A DNA stretch of 64,000 nucleotides from contig DATALD010000096.1 of NCBI GenBank assembly GCA_036261255.1, positions 1,454 to 65,453 of the forward strand. Direction: 5' to 3'. The DNA is from Bacteroidales bacterium (GTDB lineage: Bacteria > Bacteroidota > Bacteroidia > Bacteroidales > VadinHA17). Both the position numbers and the translations under genes were made by a program. Shown one piece after another: positions 47,605 to 55,974 of the stretch (its first letter is position 1; every line of letters starts with the position of its first letter). Below the pieces are notes generated by a model. It was not told the DNA's origin. It saw only the letters and a program-made list of their open reading frames with translations, and did not search any database.

Positions 47605-47757
47605 ATGTTTAAAGTGTTTCAGGTGTTTCAAATGTTTCAAATGTTTCAGGTGTTTCAAATGTTTCAAGTGTTTCAGATGTTCCAGATGTTTCAGGGTTAT
47701 GACAAAAGCGACTTTATAATAACTCTGAAACGCTGAAACGCTGAAAACTCTGAAACA
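47605..47757. repeat. Ten tandem 9-bp units (RTGTTTCAR) followed after about 30 nt by four inverted CTGAAAC words. The array is also an open 43-codon frame.
   Basis: 47605-47694 is exactly 10 x 9 bp. CTGAAAC occurs at 47725, 47733, 47741 (variant) and 47750. The frame from ATG 47605 to TGA 47736 reads MFKVFQVFQMFQMFQVFQMFQVFQMFQMFQGYDKSDFIITLKR. Confidence 0.85.
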
Positions 47758-47796
47758 ATTTCATACTTTTGAATTAATTAAGTAATTATTCACAGT

Positions 47797-48582
47797 ATGA
47801 ACAGAAAAGTAGCTCTTATCACCGGAGCGTCATCAGGCATTGGAAGAGAACTTGCACTTATCCATGCGGACAAGGGTGATGATCTTGTGCTTGTGGCAAG
47901 AAGTATTCAGAAAATGCAGGAACTGAAGGATGAGATTAAAAGCAAGAAAGACATTGATATCATAATTATAGGCAAAGACCTTTCTGAGAAGGGTGCAGCT
48001 TCGGATGTCTTTAAAGTGCTTCAGGAGAAGAATGTTGTCCCTGATTATCTCATTAACAATGCCGGCTTTGGCGATTTCAGCCTGTTTGCCGAGAGTGACT
48101 GGAATAAACAGGAACAGATGATAAATGTTAATATAACCGCATTGAGCCACCTCACACGTCTTATCATTCCATTGATGATTCAGAGAGGTAGCGGAAAGAT
48201 CCTCAATGTTGCTTCACTTGCATCATTCCAGCCCGGCCCCACTATGTCGGTGTATTTTGCTTCAAAAGCTTACGTACTCAGCTTTTCACAGGCTTTACAC
48301 AATGAACTTAAAGAGCATGGGATCACAGTTACAGCTCTGTGTCCCGGATCAACCGATACATTATTTCATGCGGTAACAATGGGCGATCCTTCATTACTTA
48401 AAGAAAGAAAAATGGACTCTCCAAGAGATGTTGCTCTCTTCGGTTACGATGCCATGATTAAAGGGAAACCGGTTGTTATCTATGGATTTAAAAACAAACT
48501 TGTTGTCTTTCTGTCACGCTTTCTCACAAGAGAGTTTATTGCAAGTAAAGCCAGGAAAATACAGGAATCAAAGCATATTTGA
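47797..48582 (+). CDS. Short-chain dehydrogenase/reductase (SDR)
   Basis: 261 aa. TGASSGIG, NNAG and S...YxxSK (YFASKAY) catalytic motifs. Confidence 0.85.
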   Translation: MNRKVALITGASSGIGRELALIHADKGDDLVLVARSIQKMQELKDEIKSKKDIDIIIIGKDLSEKGAASDVFKVLQEKNVVPDYLINNAGFGDFSLFAESDWNKQEQMINVNITALSHLTRLIIPLMIQRGSGKILNVASLASFQPGPTMSVYFASKAYVLSFSQALHNELKEHGITVTALCPGSTDTLFHAVTMGDPSLLKERKMDSPRDVALFGYDAMIKGKPVVIYGFKNKLVVFLSRFLTREFIASKARKIQESKHI

Positions 48583-48663
48583 AGGACTTGACATCAAGGA
48601 TTTAAATAATTCTGAAGGAATGTTTAATAAATAATTTAACTACTTGATATCCAGAATATTATT

Positions 48664-48705
48664 CCCCCTCTCTTTCAGGAGAGGGAGAATGATGGGGTGA
48701 GGTCG
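48664..48705. other. Hairpin CCCTCTC-N6-GAGAGGG followed by GGGGTGAGG, between convergent genes
   Basis: CCCTCTC 48666-48672 pairs with GAGAGGG 48679-48685. There is no T-run on either strand. Confidence 0.4.
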
Positions 48706-48716
48706 GTTATTACCAT

Positions 48717-50078
48717 TCAATCAGGGAAATTCAGCCCTTTCAGAACATTATCAACTTCTTCATTTGTCATTTCATGGTCGGGTAGATTACCCTCGAAATA
48801 TTTCTCATAAGCAGAAATATCCAGGTGCCCGTGGCCGCTTAAGTTGAAGAGGATCGTTTTTGAAACGCCTTCGAGATCAGCTTTCCTTGCTTCATCGAGA
48901 GCGCCTGCAATGGCATAAGTAGATTCCGGAGCAGGAAGTATACCTTCACTCTTTGCAAACATCACACCTGCTTCGAAACATTCCCTCTGCATCTTCGATT
49001 TTGCTTCAATCAGTCCATCTTTCAAAACCTGGCTTACAAGCACACCAGCACCATGATACCTAAGTCCTCCTGCATGTATCTTTTCAGGGATAAAATCATG
49101 ACCGAGAGTATACATTGGAAGCAGTGGAGTAAAACCTGCAGTGTCACCAAAGTCATACATGAATTTACCTTTTGTGAGTTTAGGGCAGGATGCTGGTTCT
49201 ATTGCAACTAGTCTTGTCTTTGTTTTGTTTGTAAGGTTTTCTCTCAGGAATGGAAATGCAATTCCCGAGAAGTTTGATCCACCTCCGAAACATCCGATAA
49301 CAACATCGGGATAGTCGCCTGCTTTTTCAATCTGTATAAGGGCTTCCTGTCCGATAATTGTCTGATGAAGGATCACATGGTTTAGAACGCTTCCCAGGGA
49401 GTATTTTGTGTAAGGATCCTGTGCTGCAACTTCCATAGCTTCTGAAATGGCTATCCCCAGACTTCCGGGAGATTCCGGATCTTCTGCAAGAACTCTTCTG
49501 CCTGCTTCAGTCATTGGACTTGGCGAAGGAACTACTTTTGCATTATAGCTGTTCATAAGGAGTTTTCTGCCGGGTTTCTGGTTGTAACTTACCTTAACCA
49601 TGAAAACAAGGCACTCCAAACCAAAATGTTGTGCTGCCCAGCTTATTGCACTTCCCCACTGACCTGCCCCGGTTTCTGTTGTGATCCTCTTTATTCCTTC
49701 TTTCTTATTGTAATATGCCTGAGGGATGGCTGAGTTTGCTTTGTGAGAACCGGAATAGTTTCCACCTTCATATTTATAATAGATCTTGCTTTTTGTTCCG
49801 AGATTTTTTTCAAGGTTGATAGCCCTGAAAAGAGGAGATGGACGATATATCTTATAAAGATCAAGTACCTCATCGGGAATGTCAATATAACGTTCCTGTG
49901 ATACTTCCTGTCTTATTATTTCCATCGGGAATACAGGTGCAAGAGCATCGGGGCCTATTGGCTGGCGTGTTCTCGGGTCGAGTGGAGGAAGAGGTTTGTT
50001 GGGCATATCCGCAACAATATTGTACCATTGCCGTGGCATCTCCCTTTCGCTAAGTAGAATTTTTGTTGACTTTTTCAT
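48717..50078 (-). CDS. trpB: TrpB-like PLP-dependent enzyme (tryptophan synthase beta, type 2)
   Basis: 453 aa. The long N-terminal extension (PRQWYNI..D) is typical of TrpB2. GGNYSGSHKANS PLP-lysine region and GCFGGGSNF. Confidence 0.8.
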   Translation of the reverse strand: MKKSTKILLSEREMPRQWYNIVADMPNKPLPPLDPRTRQPIGPDALAPVFPMEIIRQEVSQERYIDIPDEVLDLYKIYRPSPLFRAINLEKNLGTKSKIYYKYEGGNYSGSHKANSAIPQAYYNKKEGIKRITTETGAGQWGSAISWAAQHFGLECLVFMVKVSYNQKPGRKLLMNSYNAKVVPSPSPMTEAGRRVLAEDPESPGSLGIAISEAMEVAAQDPYTKYSLGSVLNHVILHQTIIGQEALIQIEKAGDYPDVVIGCFGGGSNFSGIAFPFLRENLTNKTKTRLVAIEPASCPKLTKGKFMYDFGDTAGFTPLLPMYTLGHDFIPEKIHAGGLRYHGAGVLVSQVLKDGLIEAKSKMQRECFEAGVMFAKSEGILPAPESTYAIAGALDEARKADLEGVSKTILFNLSGHGHLDISAYEKYFEGNLPDHEMTNEEVDNVLKGLNFPD

Positions 50079-50107
50079 AGTTGTTATTGGTTATGTGTTT
50101 ATTGTCT

Positions 50108-50141
50108 AAAATCAAAAAGGCACACTGTGAATCAGTGTGCC
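50108..50141 (-). terminator. Attenuator terminator upstream of trpB2
   Basis: On the minus strand GGCACACTG-ATTCA-CAGTGTGCC (a 9-bp perfect stem, 50119-50141) is followed by TTTTTGATTTT. It ends 30 nt before the trpB2 ATG. Confidence 0.7.
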
Positions 50142-50180
50142 TTTATAATTATATCGTCGGATGCTATATATCAGCCTGCT

Positions 50181-50237
50181 TCACAGTTTATTCGTTCGAC
50201 TGCGCCAGGACCAGGTATGTAACATTTTATTCATCAT
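50181..50237 (-). CDS. Trp-codon leader peptide MMNKMLHTWSWRSRTNKL
   Basis: The minus strand reads ATG ATG AAT AAA ATG TTA CAT ACC TGG TCC TGG CGC AGT CGA ACG AAT AAA CTG TGA. Two Trp codons sit in a W-S-W arrangement. The stop lies 39 nt upstream of the terminator stem. Confidence 0.6.
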   Translation of the reverse strand: MMNKMLHTWSWRSRTNKL

Positions 50238-50255
50238 TTGTTCATCAAAGCTGTA

Positions 50256-50288
50256 CAAAAATAAATAAAATTTTAAATTGTCATCAAA
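50256..50288 (-). promoter_or_regulatory. Candidate Bacteroidota-type promoter (TTTG-N21-TATTTTTG) for the trp leader
   Basis: On the minus strand TTTG is at 50288-50285 and TATTTTTG (TAnnTTTG consensus) at 50263-50256, 18 nt upstream of the leader ATG. Confidence 0.35.
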
Positions 50289-50407
50289 AATCGGTTTTTT
50301 TTTAAAAATTTATCGAAAAATCATGTGATGAATAAATTTCTATAAGCCGCTACAGCTGCTGAATATGAGTAACCCCTGAAATATGCCGCTTCGGCGTCAT
50401 GTCAGTT

Positions 50408-51658
50408 TCACTCATATATCACTGCACCCAGTCTCTTCATATCTTTATAAAAGTCTGGGTATGATTTGGCGACACATTGCGAGTCTCTTAGGTAGATCCT
50501 TCCCGAGGCGCCAAGCGCTACGGTGGCCATGGCCATTGCTATTCGGTGGTCCTCGTGCGACTCAACTTTTGCTCCAATAGGGGTGCCTCCGGTGACAGAC
50601 ATCACATCATCGCTGATATCGATTTTTATATTGAGCTTTTCAAATTCTTTTTTCAATGTGTCAGCTCTGTTGCTCTCCTTGTGAATGAGTCTTGACGCAC
50701 CAGAGATATGTGATGTTCCTTTACAATATGTTGCCAGCGTAACAAGAGGAGGGAACAGATCGGGACAATCAGTTGCATCAAAGTCAAATGCTTTAAGATC
50801 TGATGACGAAACATCAACCTGGTCGTTCTTAATGTTTATCCTGGCTCCAGCTTTGTTAAGTGCATCGAGTATCACTTTATCGCTCTGCTTACTCTTGCAG
50901 CTTAGGCCTGTTACGCTAAGATCACCCTTAATAGCTCCTGCCACAAGAAGGAATGCAGCGCCGCTCCAGTCACCCTCCACTTCGTACCTGCCCGGGATAT
51001 ACTTCTGGTTACCTTCTATTGTAAAGACCTTGTAATCATTATTGCTTATTTCGATGCCAAAATGTTTCAGCAATCCAATTGTCATATCTATGTATGGGCG
51101 GCTCTTAAGATTCTTTACGTTGATCTTTGAATCTTTTTTTGCAAGAGGCAAAGCCATCAATAATCCTGTAAGGAGCTGGCTGCTTATTGATCCGTCAATC
51201 TCGCATTCGCCTCCTTTCAGGGGACCTTTAACTGTCAGCGGAAGATATCCTTCTGTTGTTTTGCAGCTGGCCCCGAGCTGTGAAAGAGCATCGGCTATCA
51301 TCGACATCGGCCTTTTCCTCAATGTTGCTGCTCCTGATAGTGTTATATCGATAGGATAAAGTGCAGCAACAGGGGAGAACATCCTAATAGCAAGGCCAGA
51401 TTCTCCGCAATTCAGCTTTGTTTCTTTCAGCTCTGAGGAACCGGTAATCCGTATTTCACCAGGCTGCGGTTCTACTCTGGCGCCTAATCCTGCTGCAACA
51501 CTCAGTGCTGCAAGTCCATCATCACAGTATGAAGGATTAATAATAATGCTCTCACCGTTTGCCAGAAGAGCTGCAGCTATTGCTCTCTGTGTCATGCTTT
51601 TTGATGCGGGCGCCCTGACTATCCCTTGCACTTCCGACGGATCGAAGGATCTTTCCAT
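50408..51658 (-). CDS. aroA: 3-phosphoshikimate 1-carboxyvinyltransferase (EPSP synthase)
   Basis: 416 aa. APASKSMTQRA, LNCGESGLAIRM, DHRIAMA and the typical length. Confidence 0.88.
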   Translation of the reverse strand: MERSFDPSEVQGIVRAPASKSMTQRAIAAALLANGESIIINPSYCDDGLAALSVAAGLGARVEPQPGEIRITGSSELKETKLNCGESGLAIRMFSPVAALYPIDITLSGAATLRKRPMSMIADALSQLGASCKTTEGYLPLTVKGPLKGGECEIDGSISSQLLTGLLMALPLAKKDSKINVKNLKSRPYIDMTIGLLKHFGIEISNNDYKVFTIEGNQKYIPGRYEVEGDWSGAAFLLVAGAIKGDLSVTGLSCKSKQSDKVILDALNKAGARINIKNDQVDVSSSDLKAFDFDATDCPDLFPPLVTLATYCKGTSHISGASRLIHKESNRADTLKKEFEKLNIKIDISDDVMSVTGGTPIGAKVESHEDHRIAMAMATVALGASGRIYLRDSQCVAKSYPDFYKDMKRLGAVIYE

Positions 51659-51682
51659 ATCACTATCTTTTATCTTTTAAAA

Positions 51683-52795
51683 TTATTTTGTTTCAGTACT
51701 CCCAGAGCCATCGTTCATGACTTTCATCTGGTGGTTTATCGACTCCTGGTGTATCGCTTTAAAAATGGTGTCAATAAACTCGGTACTGAGACTTTTTGTT
51801 TTAGCCCTGGATAAAACTTTATTAATGATTTCATCCCAACGGGTGCTTTGCAAGATAGTAATATTATTTTCCTTTTTATATTGTCCTATTGTTTCTGCGA
51901 CTTTCATTCTTTGTTCAAGAATATCTAAAAGATGATCATCGTAGACGTCAATTCTCTGTCTTAGTTCACCAAGTACATCAAGCAATTTAGGATCAGAAGG
52001 GTTGGCATTCCTGAAGATAAGCCTGCTAAGCAGCTCCTGAAGGTCATTTGGTGTGAGCTGTTGAGCTGAATCGCTTAAAGCTTTTGCCGGGTCGATATGC
52101 GATTCGATCATCAGGCCGTCGAAGTTGAGGTCCATCGCTTTTTGAGAAATTTCGTGGAGAAACATTCTTGCTCCTGAGATATGGCTTGGATCGCAGATAA
52201 TTGGCAGGTCAGGAATACGACGTCTTAGTTCAATAGGAAGCTGCCAGTTAGGCTGGTTCCTGTAAAGGGTTTTCTCGTATGCGGAGAATCCCCTGTGAAT
52301 AGCGCCAATGCGGGTTATACCTGCACGTGCAATCCTCTCAATTGCACCCATCCACAGATCGAGATCGGGATTGATCGGGTTCTTGACGAGCACCATTACA
52401 TCAACACCTTTAAGGGCATCTGATATCTCCTGAACAGTAAACGGATTCACCGAAGTTCTTGCCCCTATCCAGAGCAGGTCTATACCATATTTCAGAGCTT
52501 CATAGACATGTTTCTCATTGGCTACTTCGGTTGCTACAAGCAAGCCGGTTTCCTGTTTTACAGTTCTCATCCACTTGAGACCTTCACTGCCAACCCCTTC
52601 AAATGAATTTGGACGTGTACGAGGTTTCCAGATACCGGCCCTGAAAATGCTTATCTGGTCTATTTTAGCAATCTGCCTTGCTGTCTCAAGTACCTGCTCT
52701 TCGCTTTCAGCGCTGCATGGTCCTGCAATCAGGAAAGGTTTTCCTTTGTAACCTCTCCAGTCTTTTACCGGTGAACTTTCGTATTTAAGTACCAT
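51683..52795 (-). CDS. Bifunctional DAHP synthase (class I-beta) / chorismate mutase
   Basis: 370 aa. AGPCSAES...IFRAGIWKPRT...DPSH (KDO8P/DAHPS I-beta). The C-terminal LRQRIDVYDDHLLDILEQRMKVAETIGQYK is an AroQ chorismate mutase helix. Confidence 0.8.
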   Translation of the reverse strand: MVLKYESSPVKDWRGYKGKPFLIAGPCSAESEEQVLETARQIAKIDQISIFRAGIWKPRTRPNSFEGVGSEGLKWMRTVKQETGLLVATEVANEKHVYEALKYGIDLLWIGARTSVNPFTVQEISDALKGVDVMVLVKNPINPDLDLWMGAIERIARAGITRIGAIHRGFSAYEKTLYRNQPNWQLPIELRRRIPDLPIICDPSHISGARMFLHEISQKAMDLNFDGLMIESHIDPAKALSDSAQQLTPNDLQELLSRLIFRNANPSDPKLLDVLGELRQRIDVYDDHLLDILEQRMKVAETIGQYKKENNITILQSTRWDEIINKVLSRAKTKSLSTEFIDTIFKAIHQESINHQMKVMNDGSGSTETK

Positions 52796-52842
52796 ATTTT
52801 ATTGTTTTCAATTATTTAACAGCAATAATGATTAAAAGATTC

Positions 52843-53688
52843 TTAGTGCAGTATTTTCCTGATCTTATTTGCTTCTTCCATCAGGTTTTTTAAGCCAACG
52901 GTATCCTCTTTAACTATCATGTCCCTGAAGGCATTCATTTTTTCAACGTAAGTATCGAGTACTTCAAGAATGTATTTTGAGTTTTCAAGGAAGATAGGGG
53001 CCCAAGTCTCACTATTACTTTTCGCAAGACGGACAGTGCTTTCAAAACCTCCCCCTGCGAGTGCAAGAATATTATGCTCCTCTTTCTCTTTATCGAGAAC
53101 GCTTAGAGCGAGGGAGAATGATGTTATGTGTGAGATATGTGAAACATAAGCAACATGGATATCATGATCTTCAGAGTTCATGAAGATCTTTTTCATGTTC
53201 AGGATATCGAGCATTTTTTCAACTGTCTCGAGAGCATCTGCATCGCTCAACTCCTTGTCGCAGATTATTGCAGTTTTATAGTCGAAGAGTCTTCCGATAG
53301 CTGCCAGGGGACCTGAGAACTCTGTTCCGGCCATGGGATGAAGAGCAACATATCTCCCACGCCCGGGATGTTTCTTTGATGCTTTTGCTATCCCAGACTT
53401 TGTAGATCCCATGTCTGTAACAACTTTTGATGTTCCATGGATCATGTCAAGGATCTTTATTATTATCTTTCTATTTGTGTTTACAGGTGTGGAAAGTATT
53501 ATAAGATCACTTTTGGCAATTGCATTTTCCAGAGTATCAATATCATCAACAAGTCCTGTGAGTTTTGCAATATTACTATGCTGAATGTTTTTTTCAACCC
53601 CGGTAATGTGAGTGGCAAAACCTCTTTTTCTGAGGTCTACCATCAGTGAACCCCCGATAAGTCCTATTCCTACAACAGCTACATTCAT
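52843..53688 (-). CDS. tyrA: Prephenate dehydrogenase
   Basis: 281 aa. N-terminal VAVVGIGLIGGS Rossmann motif and HPMAG motif. Confidence 0.8.
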   Translation of the reverse strand: MNVAVVGIGLIGGSLMVDLRKRGFATHITGVEKNIQHSNIAKLTGLVDDIDTLENAIAKSDLIILSTPVNTNRKIIIKILDMIHGTSKVVTDMGSTKSGIAKASKKHPGRGRYVALHPMAGTEFSGPLAAIGRLFDYKTAIICDKELSDADALETVEKMLDILNMKKIFMNSEDHDIHVAYVSHISHITSFSLALSVLDKEKEEHNILALAGGGFESTVRLAKSNSETWAPIFLENSKYILEVLDTYVEKMNAFRDMIVKEDTVGLKNLMEEANKIRKILH

Positions 53689-53704
53689 TTTCTTCTTTTC
53701 TGTA

Positions 53705-54871
53705 TTAATTGATTTCCAAAGTTTTTAATCTTTTGTAAGCTTCATTAAGCCTTTCTTCGGTAGCACATAGTGAGATCCTTATATATCTCTGACCATTATC
53801 TCCGAATATAAACCCTGGAGTTATGAAAACATGCACCTTGATAAGGAAATTTTCAATAAAGGTTTCGCACGAAGGGATTTCATCAGGGATCCTTCCCCAC
53901 ATGAACAGACCTGTTTGCTTTATATCATAATCGCATTTAAGCAGATCCATTATCTTCTCAACTATTTTTCTCCTTTTCTCATAGACTGAATTGACTTCAT
54001 CGTACCATGCAGGTGGATTATTCAATGCATTCACGGCTGCAGCCTGTAATCCAAGGAACATCCCTGAATCCATATTGCTTTTCACCTTGAGTATACTGTT
54101 AATGAGCTCATTTTTCCCTGCAACCATACCAATACGCCAGCCGGCCATATTATGTGATTTGCTAAGTGAGTTGAGCTCAAGAGCAACATCCATTGCACCT
54201 TCAGTACAAAGAATGCTTTGATAATCCTTATTCAGAACAAAACTGTATGGATTATCGTTGCAGATAAGGATGCCATGTTTCAATCCGAAATCAACAATTT
54301 TCCTGAAAAGGGCAGGGGATGCCTTAGTTCCGGTAGGCATGTGAGGATAATTCAACCACATCAATTTTACCCGGCTGAGATCAGTCCTCTCAAGAGCTTC
54401 AAAGTCAGGGAACCACCCTTTTTCTTTAACCAGATCGTATTTCTTTATTACCCCACCAACAAGGTTTGTTACAGATGAATATGTAGGATAACCAGGGTCA
54501 GGGACAAGAACCTCATCGCCAGGATTAACATACGCCATGCTTATATGCATTATTCCTTCCTTGCTTCCCATTAGCGGCAGTATTTCTTTTTCGGGATCAA
54601 GAATTACATTGAAATACTTTTTATACCAGTCCGCAAAAGCTTTCCTCAGAGCAGGAGTTCCTTTATAGCTCTGGTAGCCATGAGATCCGGGTTTAGAAGC
54701 CTCCATTGAAAGAGCTTCGATAGTTTCCTTTGAAGGAGGTTGGTCGGGGCTTCCGATACCAAGGTTTATAATATCAGCTCCTTCCTTTCTCATCCTGTCT
54801 ATCTGGGCGAGCTTTGTCGAGAAATAGTATTCCTGGACAAGATTTGTACGGTCAGCGGGTTTAATTATCAT
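53705..54871 (-). CDS. Class I/II PLP-dependent aminotransferase (probably aromatic/prephenate aminotransferase)
   Basis: 388 aa. NLGIGSPD, NPGYPTY-like (PDPGYPTYS), NYPHMPTG and SLSKSHNMAGWRIG (PLP lysine). Sits inside the aromatic operon. Confidence 0.75.
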   Translation of the reverse strand: MIIKPADRTNLVQEYYFSTKLAQIDRMRKEGADIINLGIGSPDQPPSKETIEALSMEASKPGSHGYQSYKGTPALRKAFADWYKKYFNVILDPEKEILPLMGSKEGIMHISMAYVNPGDEVLVPDPGYPTYSSVTNLVGGVIKKYDLVKEKGWFPDFEALERTDLSRVKLMWLNYPHMPTGTKASPALFRKIVDFGLKHGILICNDNPYSFVLNKDYQSILCTEGAMDVALELNSLSKSHNMAGWRIGMVAGKNELINSILKVKSNMDSGMFLGLQAAAVNALNNPPAWYDEVNSVYEKRRKIVEKIMDLLKCDYDIKQTGLFMWGRIPDEIPSCETFIENFLIKVHVFITPGFIFGDNGQRYIRISLCATEERLNEAYKRLKTLEIN

Positions 54872-55694
54872 AGCTCATTTCTCCTTTAAAGTATACTCCT
54901 AAGATTTCAAGATTGCTTGTATGATGTTCAAGTATCCTCCTGATAACTGTTGATTTTGTATCCTTGTCTAGTTCAAGGTCGAGGTAGAACATGTATTCCC
55001 ATTCACCATTGAGCCTGGGAACAGATTGTATTTTTGAGAGGTTGATGTTAAGATTTGAGAGGATCACAAGTACAGCAGCAAGAGAACCTGGCTTATGTCC
55101 GGTTGAAAAACAGATCGATACTTTATTGCCTTTTTTGTTTCCTTTTTGTTCATGGCCCACGACAAGGAATCTTGTGTAATTCTGTTTGTATGTTTCTATT
55201 CCTTCGGCAAGTATTTCGAGATCATAGATTTTTGCTGCCTGCATTGGGGCAATTGCTGCAACTCCCACCAGGTTATTCTCTCGTACCTGCCTGGCGCTGG
55301 CAGCGGTATCTTCGCTTTCAACAAGAGTTTTTCCGGGATGTTCATTCAGAAAAGCCATGCACTGGGCAATAGCAATCGGATGAGATCTTATCTCCCTGAT
55401 ATCTTCCATTTTCTGACCTTTCAGAGCCATCAGGTTCTGCCTGATCCGGAGGTTCTGCTCTCCAAGTATCTTTAATCCCGATTCTCTGATTAATGTATAA
55501 TTATACAGAATGCTGCCTGACCGGGCATTTTCAATTGCCATCACTGCAAAATCAGCTTCACCTTCCTTTACTTTATTAAGAGTAAGATCAAATGTAGGAC
55601 ATGGAACTATCTCAATGTCTTCATCATAAATGAAATACTGCCTAGCTGCAGCTTCGTGAAATGAACCTTTTTCTCCCTGGATAGATACTTTCAT
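54861..55694 (-). CDS. pheA: Prephenate dehydratase
   Basis: 277 aa. IQGEKGSFHEAAA, VMAIENARSGSI, TRFLV and a C-terminal ACT domain (GSLAAVL). Confidence 0.85.
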   Translation of the reverse strand: MKVSIQGEKGSFHEAAARQYFIYDEDIEIVPCPTFDLTLNKVKEGEADFAVMAIENARSGSILYNYTLIRESGLKILGEQNLRIRQNLMALKGQKMEDIREIRSHPIAIAQCMAFLNEHPGKTLVESEDTAASARQVRENNLVGVAAIAPMQAAKIYDLEILAEGIETYKQNYTRFLVVGHEQKGNKKGNKVSICFSTGHKPGSLAAVLVILSNLNINLSKIQSVPRLNGEWEYMFYLDLELDKDTKSTVIRRILEHHTSNLEILGVYFKGEMSYDN

Positions 55695-55706
55695 TGTAGC
55701 ATAATT

Positions 55707-55740
55707 AAAATGAAAAAGGCCCCTTTTTCCGGGGCCTTTG
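55707..55740 (-). terminator. Attenuator terminator upstream of pheA
   Basis: On the minus strand AGGCCCC-GGAAAAA-GGGGCCT (55717-55737) is followed by TTTTTCATTTT. It ends 12 nt before the pheA ATG. Confidence 0.7.
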
Positions 55741-55780
55741 TTTTATTTAATTTTATAATTAACAATATACAATATGCCCC

Positions 55781-55846
55781 TTATCTGTTTTTAAAATAAA
55801 AATAGAAGTAAAAAAAGGTGGCAAATATGTTCTGTGAAATCTTCAT
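55781..55846 (-). CDS. Phe/Tyr-rich leader peptide MKISQNIFATFFYFYFYFKNR
   Basis: The minus strand reads ATG AAG ATT TCA CAG AAC ATA TTT GCC ACC TTT TTT TAC TTC TAT TTT TAT TTT AAA AAC AGA TAA. Six Phe and three Tyr codons fall within 11 positions. GGGGC directly after the stop can pair with GCCCC of the terminator's 5' arm. Confidence 0.65.
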   Translation of the reverse strand: MKISQNIFATFFYFYFYFKNR

Positions 55847-55863
55847 ATCGTTGTTTCAGCTTA

Positions 55864-55893
55864 CAAAAATATATTAATTTTCATATTCTCAAA
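55864..55893 (-). promoter_or_regulatory. Candidate Bacteroidota-type promoter (TTTG-N18-TATTTTTG) for the Phe/Tyr leader
   Basis: On the minus strand TATTTTTG is at 55871-55864 and TTTG at 55893-55890. The leader ATG is 17 nt downstream of the -7 box. Confidence 0.35.
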
Positions 55894-55974
55894 TAAAATA
55901 TTAAAATTATTATTGAATCTATTGAAAAAATAAAGCTGGAATTAATTATTGTATTGTTATTTGACCACCCACCC

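Noticed and set aside
43455-47757. Short tandem word tracts considered as CRISPR arrays
   Set aside because: Units are 7-14 nt and directly abutting, with no spacers of 25-40 nt. There is no leader or cas genes. They are microsatellite or minisatellite-like, not CRISPR.
50381-50400. Small hairpin TGCCGC-TTCG-GCGTCA just after the aroA stop, considered as the aro operon terminator
   Set aside because: It has only 3 perfect bp plus a mismatch and no convincing T-run on the minus strand. Too weak to call. Operon termination may instead rely on downstream sequence.
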